A stretch of DNA of 64,000 nt from Patescibacteria group bacterium (GTDB lineage Bacteria > Patescibacteriota > Patescibacteriia > JBHPGJ01). Position numbers and translations under genes: made by a program. Location of the stretch: assembly GCA_042570545.1 (NCBI GenBank), contig JBHPGJ010000004.1:2223-66222 (forward strand), written 5' to 3'. The notes beneath the pieces are model-generated. The model was not told where the DNA came from, did not search any database, and saw only the letters and a program-made list of their open reading frames with translations. Shown in pieces: positions 45,328 to 54,284 of the stretch. The first letter of the stretch is position 1. Every line of letters begins with the position of its first letter.

Positions 45328-45765
45328 ATGAATATACCATACTTATTAATAATACCAATAATAGTAGGCGGTATCACTCAGATAATCAAGTTTATTGTCG
45401 ATGGTGTCCGTAATAAATCATGGGACATTAAAGTACTAAAAAGCTACGGCGGTATGCCTTCGGGTCACGCTGCTTTTGTTGTTTCTTTGGCGACAATTAT
45501 TGGTCTAGATCAGGGCTTGGCTTCTCCTGCATTTGCCATTACCGTTGTATTTGCTCTTATTATTATTCGCGATGCTGTTGGATTGAGAATGTATCTTGGG
45601 CGTCACGGTAAAACCATTAATCGACTTACCCGCCTCTTGCCTGAGGATGAACAGTTTCGGTTTCCCGTATTACGAGAGAGACTGGGACACAATTACAGCG
45701 AAGCCACTGTCGGTGGTATTATCGGTTTAGCTCTTGGTTATTTGTTCTACCTATTACTTATGTAG
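45328..45765 (+). CDS. divergent PAP2-family membrane phosphatase (YuiD-like)
   Basis: 145 aa with GGMPSGHAA...RDAVGLRMY. Compare the divergent-PAP2 motif GGMPSSHSA. Confidence 0.6.
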   Translation: MNIPYLLIIPIIVGGITQIIKFIVDGVRNKSWDIKVLKSYGGMPSGHAAFVVSLATIIGLDQGLASPAFAITVVFALIIIRDAVGLRMYLGRHGKTINRLTRLLPEDEQFRFPVLRERLGHNYSEATVGGIIGLALGYLFYLLLM

Positions 45766-46627
45766 ACTGACATAACGGACAATAGTGTGTACCGCGTCCG
45801 GCGACACGTATTTTTTTTATTTTGGTTCGACAACGATGACAATTCTGATTAATACGATTATAAACTTTTAAATAGGGTTCATACCCTCCGCGGCTCCCAT
45901 CGCCTCTAGTATAATTGCGAACAGTAGTACCCTTAGATTTTATGGCCATCAACAATATGTTCCTGATACATTTATAAAGTTTATTTGCCTCAGCGTGTGA
46001 TAGCCGACCACTCAGCCTACTAGGCTTAATTTTGGCACAATATAATGATTCGTCAGCGTAAATATTACCTAAACCGGCGATATTTTTTTGATCCAATAGT
46101 AGTGCTTTTAAAGGTCGTTTTTTATATCGGCGACTGAGCTGCCACAGCAGCTTGGGTGAAAATTCATTTGACAATGGCTCTGGTCCCAGCTTAAGCTCTG
46201 CCACCAATCTATCAGCTTGCTTATCTGATAATATTTTTACCCAACCAAATTGTCTGAGATCGTTATGGTATAAAGTTGTTTTGTCAGATAAATAATAAAT
46301 TACGTGAGTATATTTATTAGGCGAATTAGTAATACCAGTTGCCAAAGTATGGCCACCGGCTAGAATTTTATTGCCTTTTTGCCATATCAATTGTCCCGTC
46401 ATTTTTAAATGTATCAACACTCGCCAGTTATTATTTAACTGAAAAATTACGATCTTAGCCCGCCTATTAATCGACATGATCTTCTTGCCGTTTACAATTT
46501 TGTTAAATTTGCTTGACGATAAGTTGGCAATTTTCGGCAAATTTATTTTTACACGCTTAAATTTTCTACCCACCAATCGACGACGCAGGTCACGAACGAC
46601 AGTCTCAACTTCTGGTAATTCGGGCAT
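45758..46627 (-). CDS. mutM: formamidopyrimidine-DNA glycosylase
   Basis: 289 aa with the N-terminus MPELPEVETV, an H2TH domain and a C-terminal zinc finger CHRCRTKI...CPLCQ. Confidence 0.9.
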   Translation of the reverse strand: MPELPEVETVVRDLRRRLVGRKFKRVKINLPKIANLSSSKFNKIVNGKKIMSINRRAKIVIFQLNNNWRVLIHLKMTGQLIWQKGNKILAGGHTLATGITNSPNKYTHVIYYLSDKTTLYHNDLRQFGWVKILSDKQADRLVAELKLGPEPLSNEFSPKLLWQLSRRYKKRPLKALLLDQKNIAGLGNIYADESLYCAKIKPSRLSGRLSHAEANKLYKCIRNILLMAIKSKGTTVRNYTRGDGSRGGYEPYLKVYNRINQNCHRCRTKIKKIRVAGRGTHYCPLCQST

Positions 46628-46881
46628 TATTTCCTTTTAACTCCCAATTTTAATAATTCTTTTTCTATCGCATGTGCCAGTCGATTACCGACGCCCGGTA
46701 TTTTTTCCAAACCCCTCAACCAGGAGCGCTGATATATTACATCTACGCCTTCGGGGTGACTTTCCAATGCTTCAGCGGCACGGCGTAAAGCAATTATGCG
46801 GTATACTACCTTACCTTGCCGTTCAAGTAAATCAGCTTTGGCGCGGAAAATTTCGGCAATTTTCTTATTTATATCTATCAT
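46627..46881 (-). CDS. standalone helix-hairpin-helix protein resembling the PolX N-terminal 8-kDa (dRP-lyase-like) domain
   Basis: 84 aa. IAEIFRAKADLLERQGKVVYRIIALRRAAEALES...IPGVGNRLAHAIEKEL parallels the PolX 8-kDa domain, including a GIG-type HhH. Its stop overlaps the fpg start. Confidence 0.45.
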   Translation of the reverse strand: MIDINKKIAEIFRAKADLLERQGKVVYRIIALRRAAEALESHPEGVDVIYQRSWLRGLEKIPGVGNRLAHAIEKELLKLGVKRK

Positions 46882-47213
46882 TACTCACTTAGAAATGTAG
46901 CTCCCGCCTCCATCTCCACCCAGTTGTCTCCCCCTTCATCCCGATAGGCTTTAAAGGTAAAAGTTTTTTCGGTGTCCGATGTTAAATATTCAATTGTTTT
47001 CTGACTACCGATCCTTCTGGCTCCAACTGCCTTGGTGCCGAGAACCAAGGGCTTGCCGGTAAATTCCAGCTTCATCCGACCTAGCGGTCCAGCAAAAATG
47101 ATCGTTTCTACTGTTCCGTCAGGGATATTTTCTAAAGGTAAAGTTTCGTGTTTTTCTATTTCGAATTTATCTTTTACTAAACCAACTATTTCTTGCCATT
47201 TTTCATCGGTCAT
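46881..47213 (-). CDS. hypothetical protein
   Basis: 110 aa with no recognised motifs. It overlaps its neighbours by 1-4 nt, consistent with an operon with fpg. Confidence 0.4.
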   Translation of the reverse strand: MTDEKWQEIVGLVKDKFEIEKHETLPLENIPDGTVETIIFAGPLGRMKLEFTGKPLVLGTKAVGARRIGSQKTIEYLTSDTEKTFTFKAYRDEGGDNWVEMEAGATFLSE

Positions 47214-47638
47214 ATTTTTTCAATTAATGATAAGAATTGACTGGTGCCCTCTCCGGTCACGTTTTCTTCATCACGTGAAAATTCTAAATCGTCTTTTATA
47301 GATAGCGATGAATAAAAATCATAACCTTCTTCGTCCGCTATAGTTGCCGTACGTTCTAAACCTTTTTCTGTACATTGATTACACCTTGCCATCCCATCGC
47401 GCCAATTATGACTGTGCCGATCAGACACCTGAGACATCGATTGCTTTAATAAATTCAATTTAAGTAATTCCGCTACTCGCTGAACACCAGCCTCATCTTT
47501 TTCTTCATCCACTTTATCCTTAGGACCTGCTTGAAAAAATAATAAAGTAACTTTAAATTCATCTAGCAGTTTGTTTAGCTGTGTTAACACTTTGGTCGGA
47601 TGGGTGACATGGAGCAGTAAACTGGGCTTAAACGTCAT
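47210..47638 (-). CDS. hypothetical protein
   Basis: 142 aa containing SDRHSHNWRDGMARCNQC. No confident family assignment. Confidence 0.4.
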   Translation of the reverse strand: MTFKPSLLLHVTHPTKVLTQLNKLLDEFKVTLLFFQAGPKDKVDEEKDEAGVQRVAELLKLNLLKQSMSQVSDRHSHNWRDGMARCNQCTEKGLERTATIADEEGYDFYSSLSIKDDLEFSRDEENVTGEGTSQFLSLIEKI

Positions 47639-47723
47639 AGTATAGTAATCATATCAAATGCCCCGGCAACTGTCAGCCAATAACAAAAACAGGCTCAATA
47701 AGCCCATTATTATTTAATAAATA

Positions 47724-48413
47724 TTAATGCCCAAATCGGCGGTGTCGATTTTCGTAGTCTGTCAGTACTTCATCCAGATCTTTTTCTGTAAATGCCGGCC
47801 ATGGTTTTTTTATAAAATACAATTCGCTATAAACTGATTCCCAGGTTAAATATCCAGACAGACGCTGTTCACCACTGGTGCGAATTACAATATCTGGATC
47901 TGGCAATGATGGACTGTAAAGATTATTATCAATTAAATTTTCTGTGATCTGAGCTGAGGATTTTTTCATTTTTACTATCTTCTTAACAGCGTCGACGATC
48001 TCTGCTCGACCGCCATAATTAATGCAAATGTTTAAAATCCCATTAGTGTTGTTTTTGGTTAATTCGACGGCTCGATTTATGGCTTGCTGTATATTCTCTT
48101 GTAAGTCCTTCAGACGGCCAGAGAACATCATGCGAATCCCCTTTTCGTGCATTTCTTGAGTGTCATTTTCAATTGCCGAGTGTAACAAGCGCATCAGATA
48201 ACCGACTTCTTTTTTGCTGCGGTTCCAATTCTCAGTAGAAAAAGCATAGACAGAAAGAATCTTAACTCCTCTCTTTAGACACCAGTCGCCAACTTTTTTT
48301 ATCTTGTTATATCCGCGCTGATGCCCCTGCAAAGTAGGCAATCCGCGCTTTCTCGCCCATCGACGATTACCATCCATGATAATGCCAATGTGGTAAGGTG
48401 CTTTATATGCCAT
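47724..48413 (-). CDS. uppS: undecaprenyl diphosphate synthase (cis-prenyltransferase)
   Basis: 229 aa with HIGIIMDGNRRWA and ENWNR. Confidence 0.92.
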   Translation of the reverse strand: MAYKAPYHIGIIMDGNRRWARKRGLPTLQGHQRGYNKIKKVGDWCLKRGVKILSVYAFSTENWNRSKKEVGYLMRLLHSAIENDTQEMHEKGIRMMFSGRLKDLQENIQQAINRAVELTKNNTNGILNICINYGGRAEIVDAVKKIVKMKKSSAQITENLIDNNLYSPSLPDPDIVIRTSGEQRLSGYLTWESVYSELYFIKKPWPAFTEKDLDEVLTDYENRHRRFGH

Positions 48414-48518
48414 AATAATTTAATTTGAGCCTTAATTATAACCAGACGGGACAAATCGTCAAGCCAGCAGATTGACATAGTGCCGGTTGTTAGTTACTTT
48501 AAAAACACTTTATCATTG

Positions 48519-48595
48519 CGGGGTATGGCGCAGTTGGCTAGCGCGCACGCTTCGGGTGCGTGAGGTCGCCGGTTCGAGTCCGGCTACCCCGACCA
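48519..48595 (+). tRNA. tRNA-Pro (anticodon CGG), CCA encoded
   Basis: Hand-folded cloverleaf: acceptor CGGGGTA/TACCCCG, D-stem GCGC/GCGC, anticodon stem CACGC/GCGTG with loop TTCGGGT, T-stem GCCGG/CCGGC with loop TTCGAGT, discriminator A, CCA. Confidence 0.9.
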
Positions 48596-48608
48596 AGTAA
48601 AAAAACGT

Positions 48609-49430
48609 ATGAAAATATTAAAAACCAGTGGTCAAAAAGAAAAATATGATAAAAGTAAATTAAGACGTTCTTTGATTAGATCCGGCCTCTCCCAACGACA
48701 GGCAAATAATATAGTCACTCGGATAACAAAAAACATCCCAGCTGAAAGTTCGACTGATTTTATCTTTAAAAACGCTCAACGCGAATTGATTAAAGAAGAT
48801 CCGGTCACTGCCTACCGTTATAATTTAAAACGAGCGATCACAGAATTGGGCCCAACCGGGTTCCCATTTGAGCAATTAATTAGCCGAATACTCAATGCCC
48901 ACGGTTACTCTACCCGGGTTGATGTAATGGTTAACGGATATTGTGTGCAACATGAAGTCGATGTAATTGCCAAAAAAGACAATCGGGAAATATTGGTCGA
49001 AAGTAAATTTCACAACCGACCGGGCACCAAGACCGATGTTGGAGTATTATTATATTCTCACGCCCGATTTCAAGACATTATTAAGGCTCGAAATAAAAAT
49101 AAATTTACCCGGCACGAGGGTTGGGTTGTTACCAATACTCAATTTACTACTCAAGCATTAAAATTTTCACGTTGTTCCGGAACTAAGGCGGTTAGCTGGT
49201 CTCATCCGACCGGATCAGGTCTTAAAGAATTAATTGAGTCTAAAGGGATCTATCCAGTAACTGTCATACCCCAATTATCAGCAGCCGATAAACAAAGATT
49301 ATTTAAAGCTAATATCGTTCTGCTATCAGACTTTATTAAGTACCCCCCTAACCGGTTAGCAAAAATCATCCAAATAAATATAAATCGGATAAAATATTTT
49401 CAAGCTATTGCTAAGGATCTAACCGTTTAG
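48609..49430 (+). CDS. ATP-cone domain fused to an Mrr-like (PD-(D/E)xK) restriction endonuclease domain
   Basis: 273 aa. The N-terminal part has an ATP-cone-like pattern (ILKTSGQKEKYDKSKLRRSLIRSG). The central part is Mrr_cat-like (HEVDVIAKKDNREILVESK). Confidence 0.5.
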   Translation: MKILKTSGQKEKYDKSKLRRSLIRSGLSQRQANNIVTRITKNIPAESSTDFIFKNAQRELIKEDPVTAYRYNLKRAITELGPTGFPFEQLISRILNAHGYSTRVDVMVNGYCVQHEVDVIAKKDNREILVESKFHNRPGTKTDVGVLLYSHARFQDIIKARNKNKFTRHEGWVVTNTQFTTQALKFSRCSGTKAVSWSHPTGSGLKELIESKGIYPVTVIPQLSAADKQRLFKANIVLLSDFIKYPPNRLAKIIQININRIKYFQAIAKDLTV

Positions 49431-50365
49431 TCTGATAGCTTGTTTAAAAAGTTAACCGCTGAAAGCAGCGCGCTTACACCTTGTCCAGTAGCAACTGCAA
49501 TTTGCTTGTAGGGTATATCAGTTACGTCGCCAGCTGCGAACAGTCCAGGAATGTTTGTATGACATTCTTTGGTTACAATTATCTCGCCTGTTTTATTTTT
49601 TTCTACTTCATCAGAAACCAGATCTGAATTGGGAATCATACCGATGTGTACAAATAAACCCTCAATATCTTTTAGTTCGATCTCTTTATCATTTTTATCG
49701 GTGTAAATTAATCCCGATACCCTCTTATCGCCCAATAAGTGGGTGGTCTTGGCATTGTAAATAACTTTTATTTTATTATTAGCCTCTACTTTACTAATCA
49801 GTGTATTATCACCTCTGAAGGTTGGGTTTTTATTAATCAAATATACTTTTGGCGATAGCTCGGCCAGCATAAGAACCGATTCTAGAGCCGAGTTACCTCC
49901 GCCAATGGTGGCAGTAATTTTATTTTTGAATAATGGTCCATCACAAGTAGTACAATATGACAAACCTTTGCCCTTAAGCTTTGATTCTTCAGGCACCGGC
50001 AAAACACGCGGATGGATACCGGTGGCAATTATTACTGTTTTTGAGGTGAGCACTAATTCTTTATTATCCTTCCTAGCTAAGATATTAAATCCACTTTCGC
50101 TTTTTTCAACTTTATCTACCTGTACCATCTGCTCGATTTTAACCTTATAGTATTCTAATTGCTCAATGAATTTTTGAGTCAATTCAATCCCGTTGGTATG
50201 CTTTATTCCTGGATAATTTTCTATCTCACCGGAATTAATTACTTCGCCGCCGATATCTTTGCTGATTACCAAAAACTTCAAATTACGACGAGCGGCATAA
50301 ATTGCTGCCGACACACCGGCAGCCGAGGCGCCAATTATTATCAAGTCATGGTTATCATTATTCAT
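49427..50365 (-). CDS. trxB: thioredoxin-disulfide reductase
   Basis: 312 aa with an FAD motif GASAAG, the redox CTTCDG and an NADPH-binding motif. Confidence 0.9.
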   Translation of the reverse strand: MNNDNHDLIIIGASAAGVSAAIYAARRNLKFLVISKDIGGEVINSGEIENYPGIKHTNGIELTQKFIEQLEYYKVKIEQMVQVDKVEKSESGFNILARKDNKELVLTSKTVIIATGIHPRVLPVPEESKLKGKGLSYCTTCDGPLFKNKITATIGGGNSALESVLMLAELSPKVYLINKNPTFRGDNTLISKVEANNKIKVIYNAKTTHLLGDKRVSGLIYTDKNDKEIELKDIEGLFVHIGMIPNSDLVSDEVEKNKTGEIIVTKECHTNIPGLFAAGDVTDIPYKQIAVATGQGVSALLSAVNFLNKLSD

Positions 50366-50906
50366 CTTTTTTTTTGCTTGGTTGGCTTAATTGCTCAATC
50401 CACTGACGGTATAATTTTGAACCTAGGGAGCCGGTTACTTCAGCCGGACCCAAATCGTTGAGATCGCCCCATTTCCAATCTGAATAATAAGTTATATCTG
50501 GACGACCGGTTTTTTTTATACTCAACTGGCCCCTCGCTTCAACTCGCCACAATTCCAGGTGTAGATTATAAGTGACCCGATCGGCCTCCCCTTGCGACAG
50601 CATCTCTAGGGGTTTAATCGTCAGTCCCAGTTTATCCTGTCCAATCCTTATTATCGCTTGTTCGAACGATTCATTTTCTCCTAAAGTAGCCGCGGGAAAT
50701 CCCCAGCAATTACATGAGACATCAGTCGGATCATCCGGTCGCATAGCCAAAAATACCTGCTGATTGTCTTTAGGATTATTAAATACTATGGCTACAGCCT
50801 GCCTGTCCTTATCTGCATTACCGGTCAATTTATCAGGGTTATCTGATAGCTTGTCGTTATGTTTTTCACTATTTTTATTCATATCTGGGTGCCAGTATGT
50901 TAACAA
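50358..50906 (-). CDS. hypothetical protein, possibly a degenerate Nudix fold
   Basis: 182 aa. GFPAATLGENESFEQAIIRIGQDKLGL only loosely matches a Nudix box. Confidence 0.3.
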   Translation of the reverse strand: MLTYWHPDMNKNSEKHNDKLSDNPDKLTGNADKDRQAVAIVFNNPKDNQQVFLAMRPDDPTDVSCNCWGFPAATLGENESFEQAIIRIGQDKLGLTIKPLEMLSQGEADRVTYNLHLELWRVEARGQLSIKKTGRPDITYYSDWKWGDLNDLGPAEVTGSLGSKLYRQWIEQLSQPSKKKDE

Positions 50907-51018
50907 AATTATTTCGTTGAAGCTAGTACGAATATGATTTTTTATTTAACGTTAGCCAAATAATACCCCTTTTATCACCATTTCAAAATACTTTTCCTTC
51001 CCTGTGGACAGTGAAAAC

Positions 51019-51048
51019 TTGGCTTTTTTTGGGGTTTTTCGCTATAAT
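51019..51048 (+). promoter_or_regulatory. sigma70-like promoter TTGGCT-N18-TATAAT for the HU gene
   Basis: TTGGCT at 51019-51024 and TATAAT at 51043-51048. SD AAGGAG lies at 51076-51081 and the ATG at 51089. Confidence 0.55.
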
Positions 51049-51088
51049 GTTCATAAGATAAATAATTAATAACCAAGGAGAAGCCCAA

Positions 51089-51370
51089 ATGGCCAAAATG
51101 ACTAAGTCCCAACTAATGGCTCACCTGGCTGAAAAGTCCGGCATGTCAAAAAAAGATGTGCAGGAATTTGTAGAAATGATGGTCGGAGTAGCCTATGAAG
51201 AGACTAAGACCAACGGCGAATTTACCATTCCTGGACTCGGCAAGCTGGTGAAAAAGCATCGTAACGCCCGTCAGGGTCGTAACCCAGCCACCGGCGAAAC
51301 TATTCAGATTCCTGCCAAGACAGTGGTAAAGTTCCGTATCGCAAAAGCTGCCAAAGAGTCGATTCTGTAA
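51089..51370 (+). CDS. hup: DNA-binding protein HU
   Basis: 93 aa with the HU/IHF fold signature (MAKMTKSQLMAHLAEK...GKLVKKHRNARQGRNPATGETIQIPAKTVVKFR). Confidence 0.92.
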   Translation: MAKMTKSQLMAHLAEKSGMSKKDVQEFVEMMVGVAYEETKTNGEFTIPGLGKLVKKHRNARQGRNPATGETIQIPAKTVVKFRIAKAAKESIL

Positions 51371-51388
51371 GTTAATTATCTATTATGC

Positions 51389-51417
51389 AAAAAGACCTAT
51401 TCTACGTGGGTCTTTTT
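51389..51417. terminator. rho-independent terminator after the HU gene (bidirectional; the downstream gene is convergent)
   Basis: A stem AAAGACC/GGGTCTTT with a T-run. Confidence 0.55.
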
Positions 51418-51428
51418 GATATATCCGT

Positions 51429-52133
51429 TCAACTTCGATCTAAATATTTCTTTCTTTTGATTTCAGGAAATTTTTCAATAGCATAGCGCAACATTGTACG
51501 CGGCATTTGCTGATGATATTTCTTTAAGAAATTTTCTTCGATATTAATATCTCTTTTACCCACCTCACGCAACATCCAGCCGACAGCTTTATGAATCAAA
51601 TCGTGTTTGTCATCTAACAGTAACTTTGCGAGCCTTAGGGCGTCAGCGTAATCATTATTACTGATGAAGGTAAAGGTGGCCAGGATAGCCATACGGCGTT
51701 CCCACAAACTTTTTGATCTAGCTAACTTATACAGAATATCTCGCTGCCGGTCTAATAAATATTCACCCATAATATTTGGCGTGGTTACATCCACTAGATC
51801 CCAATTATTAATGTACCTGGTATTTCTTAAATACAGCTCATATATTTTCTTTCTACCAGATAGCGTTTCGGTTTTATAGCGATAGGTAAAAATTAACAGG
51901 GCCGTCAGCCGATATTCATGTATCTTACTGTGAAGTAACTTTACGACTTCGGTATTGCTTAGGTCTTTATACCTCTTAGCGACTTGTCTTTGAATTGGTA
52001 CTTTTATACCTATAAATACATCGCCCTCGCCATATTCACCCCTGCCCGTTTTAAAAAAACGCTGAAGCAAGGCCGCCTGCCTTTTATCAGCCAGTTTGTT
52101 TAAATCTCTTTTGATATTTTCTAGACCGGACAT
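51429..52133 (-). CDS. DNA alkylation repair protein (AlkD/AlkC-like HEAT-repeat glycosylase family)
   Basis: 234 aa with LQRFFKTGRGEYGEGDVFIGIKVP and a later NNWDLVD. The helical-repeat pattern is typical of the family. Confidence 0.65.
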   Translation of the reverse strand: MSGLENIKRDLNKLADKRQAALLQRFFKTGRGEYGEGDVFIGIKVPIQRQVAKRYKDLSNTEVVKLLHSKIHEYRLTALLIFTYRYKTETLSGRKKIYELYLRNTRYINNWDLVDVTTPNIMGEYLLDRQRDILYKLARSKSLWERRMAILATFTFISNNDYADALRLAKLLLDDKHDLIHKAVGWMLREVGKRDINIEENFLKKYHQQMPRTMLRYAIEKFPEIKRKKYLDRS

Positions 52134-52134
52134 T

Positions 52135-53925
52135 TTACAACTGAGATACGTCTATAACCCTTACCTGTGGACCGCCATTGCTTCGGGGTACTACCACTAC
52201 TTCATCAACTGAATCACCATCAACATCACCGCCGGCAATATTCACACCGCCAGTAAAATTAGTACCAAAGGCAAAGAAATTTTTCTGCAAAATTTCTTTA
52301 TTATTAAACACCTTTACCAATGGCGTAGCTTCAATTCCCCGACTGACCAATATTTCCTTTTGACCGTCGCCATCAACATCTACGCCGTCTACATCAACCC
52401 CGCCGCGATACCCCGAATCAAAAGCATAAAATCCTGGTGATACTCTTTTAACTTCATTTGGTTTGATCTGAAATATTTGTACATGTGGTGCTCCAAAATG
52501 TGGTCCAGTAACTATCTCATCTGCGCCGTCTCCATTCATATCGATTGTCGTAACATTAATACCACCGCGAAATGAAGGGTCGTAAGCGAAGAAATTTACG
52601 GCTGCTTTGCCATTAATATCGTAAACCAGAACGTGGGCACCGCCACCTTGTCGGGCAGCTACCACTATCTCCGCCTTACCATTACCATCGGTGTCACCGC
52701 AGGATAAATTAATACCTCCTAAAAATCGCCCATCTAATACCGTAAACTCACTAAGCAACTTGCCTTCCCAAGTATAGATTCTGGCAATTGGCCAGCCCCC
52801 TCTTCCTTGGGCGGTGACAATCTCATCATAGCCGTCATTATTCACATCGCAGGCAGAGACAGTTACGCCATTTCTTAAGTTTCTATCAAAAGCAAAAAAA
52901 TCATTTTTTAATTTTCCCAAGTAATTATATATTCTAACGTGCGGCCCTAAGCCATCATCTGTGCCAAAGATTATTTCTTCGCGGGCATCACCACGAACAT
53001 TACCGGTTGATACTTGGTATCCACCGCGTAGTTTTGGATCATAGGTGAAGAATGATTGGGAAGCCGGAGCTACAGCTGCCACTTCCTGAGTTTCGGCAAA
53101 TACTAAAGCATTGGGCAGATTACGGCCAGGTCCGGCTTTATATTGGCCGTCATAAAACAAGGACGACGAACCACCGCCATCGAGATTAACGGCGTGATCC
53201 ATATTTAAAGCCATCATTACATTAGCTAGGTCCGGAACGGTTGCGCCGTTAGCCACAATTAAATACATACTACCTCCCTTAAATCCAATACCGGAGCGGT
53301 TTGATTTTACTGACAGCTGTTTGCTGTCCATATAGAACTGTCTGACAACTAATTTGCCCTCATATACTAATGTCGGGCCATTGGAAATGGCAGCTTGCAA
53401 TGTAGCACCGGTCTGATTTTCAAACCCACTTACACTAGCTGTCTTGCCTGGCCAATCATTGGCGTGTTTGTACAAATAAAAATTATTGTTGGTATCAAAA
53501 GCAATGGCTGCTCCTTCTTCGCCATTAAACTGGTTTTTATAAGAATTAGTAAACTGCCGTGTTAATGAATGATACCACATCCAAAAATATGATCCCTCAC
53601 CACCGGCACAGCTAGAATAATCAGCTGGACAAAAATAACTGCCATTGATAGCTGCAAAGCCATTAACTTGATCGACATAACTCCTAAGTGGATATACTGA
53701 ACAAGTTGTGCAATCACCCGAAGTGCCAGTCAGACTATATATTTGTAAATTCGGATTAGTTAAGTTTATTCTTACGCTACGAATAAAAAATGTCCCCGAA
53801 GCAGTACTAACATTTAGTTCTTCATAGCCTGAGTTGGTACCCGCCTTAGCGTCGGACGATAATACAAGCACACCAACGAGGGCTAAAATAAACAATATAA
53901 TTAACCTTGAGGAAGCTAATTTCAC
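52135..53925 (-). CDS. secreted protein: phosphodiester glycosidase (NAGPA-like) domain plus C-terminal FG-GAP beta-propeller repeats
   Basis: 596 aa with a signal peptide, then GFKGGSMYLIV...ALNMDHAVNLDGGGSS, then repeated D-x-N/D-x-D-G-x-x-E-I/V motifs (DVNNDGYDEIV, DTDGNGKAEIVV, DMNGDGADEIV, DVDGDGQKEILV). Confidence 0.6.
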   Translation of the reverse strand: MKLASSRLIILFILALVGVLVLSSDAKAGTNSGYEELNVSTASGTFFIRSVRINLTNPNLQIYSLTGTSGDCTTCSVYPLRSYVDQVNGFAAINGSYFCPADYSSCAGGEGSYFWMWYHSLTRQFTNSYKNQFNGEEGAAIAFDTNNNFYLYKHANDWPGKTASVSGFENQTGATLQAAISNGPTLVYEGKLVVRQFYMDSKQLSVKSNRSGIGFKGGSMYLIVANGATVPDLANVMMALNMDHAVNLDGGGSSSLFYDGQYKAGPGRNLPNALVFAETQEVAAVAPASQSFFTYDPKLRGGYQVSTGNVRGDAREEIIFGTDDGLGPHVRIYNYLGKLKNDFFAFDRNLRNGVTVSACDVNNDGYDEIVTAQGRGGWPIARIYTWEGKLLSEFTVLDGRFLGGINLSCGDTDGNGKAEIVVAARQGGGAHVLVYDINGKAAVNFFAYDPSFRGGINVTTIDMNGDGADEIVTGPHFGAPHVQIFQIKPNEVKRVSPGFYAFDSGYRGGVDVDGVDVDGDGQKEILVSRGIEATPLVKVFNNKEILQKNFFAFGTNFTGGVNIAGGDVDGDSVDEVVVVPRSNGGPQVRVIDVSQL

Positions 53926-53928
53926 AAT

Positions 53929-54168
53929 TTATTTCTTTATTACCACAACTGTACAATTAGTGGCCACAGCTGCTACGGCGCCGACAGCAGCCAATATTGG
54001 AGCGATCAATGCCCCTACCACACCGATAGTAACAGGAATCTCCAGGATTGGTTCGTCTTTATCGTTTTTAATAATAATCCGACGAGCATTGCCTTCCTTG
54101 ATCAAATGCTTAACCTTGGCGACGACATCATCGCCTGACACTTTAAATTCTTCTTGGTTTTGGCTCAT
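53929..54168 (-). CDS. small membrane-associated protein (DUF4342-like)
   Basis: 79 aa. IKEGNARRIIIKNDKDEPILEIPVTIGVVGALIAPIL resembles the DUF4342 pattern. Confidence 0.45.
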   Translation of the reverse strand: MSQNQEEFKVSGDDVVAKVKHLIKEGNARRIIIKNDKDEPILEIPVTIGVVGALIAPILAAVGAVAAVATNCTVVVIKK

Positions 54169-54284
54169 TTGTTTATAATAATAATATTATTATTAATAAT
54201 AACACATAAATTCAACATTAAAGAATATTTATCCAATCAACAACAGCTGAATTGCCTAATACAGCTTAATATTGATAAATTATA

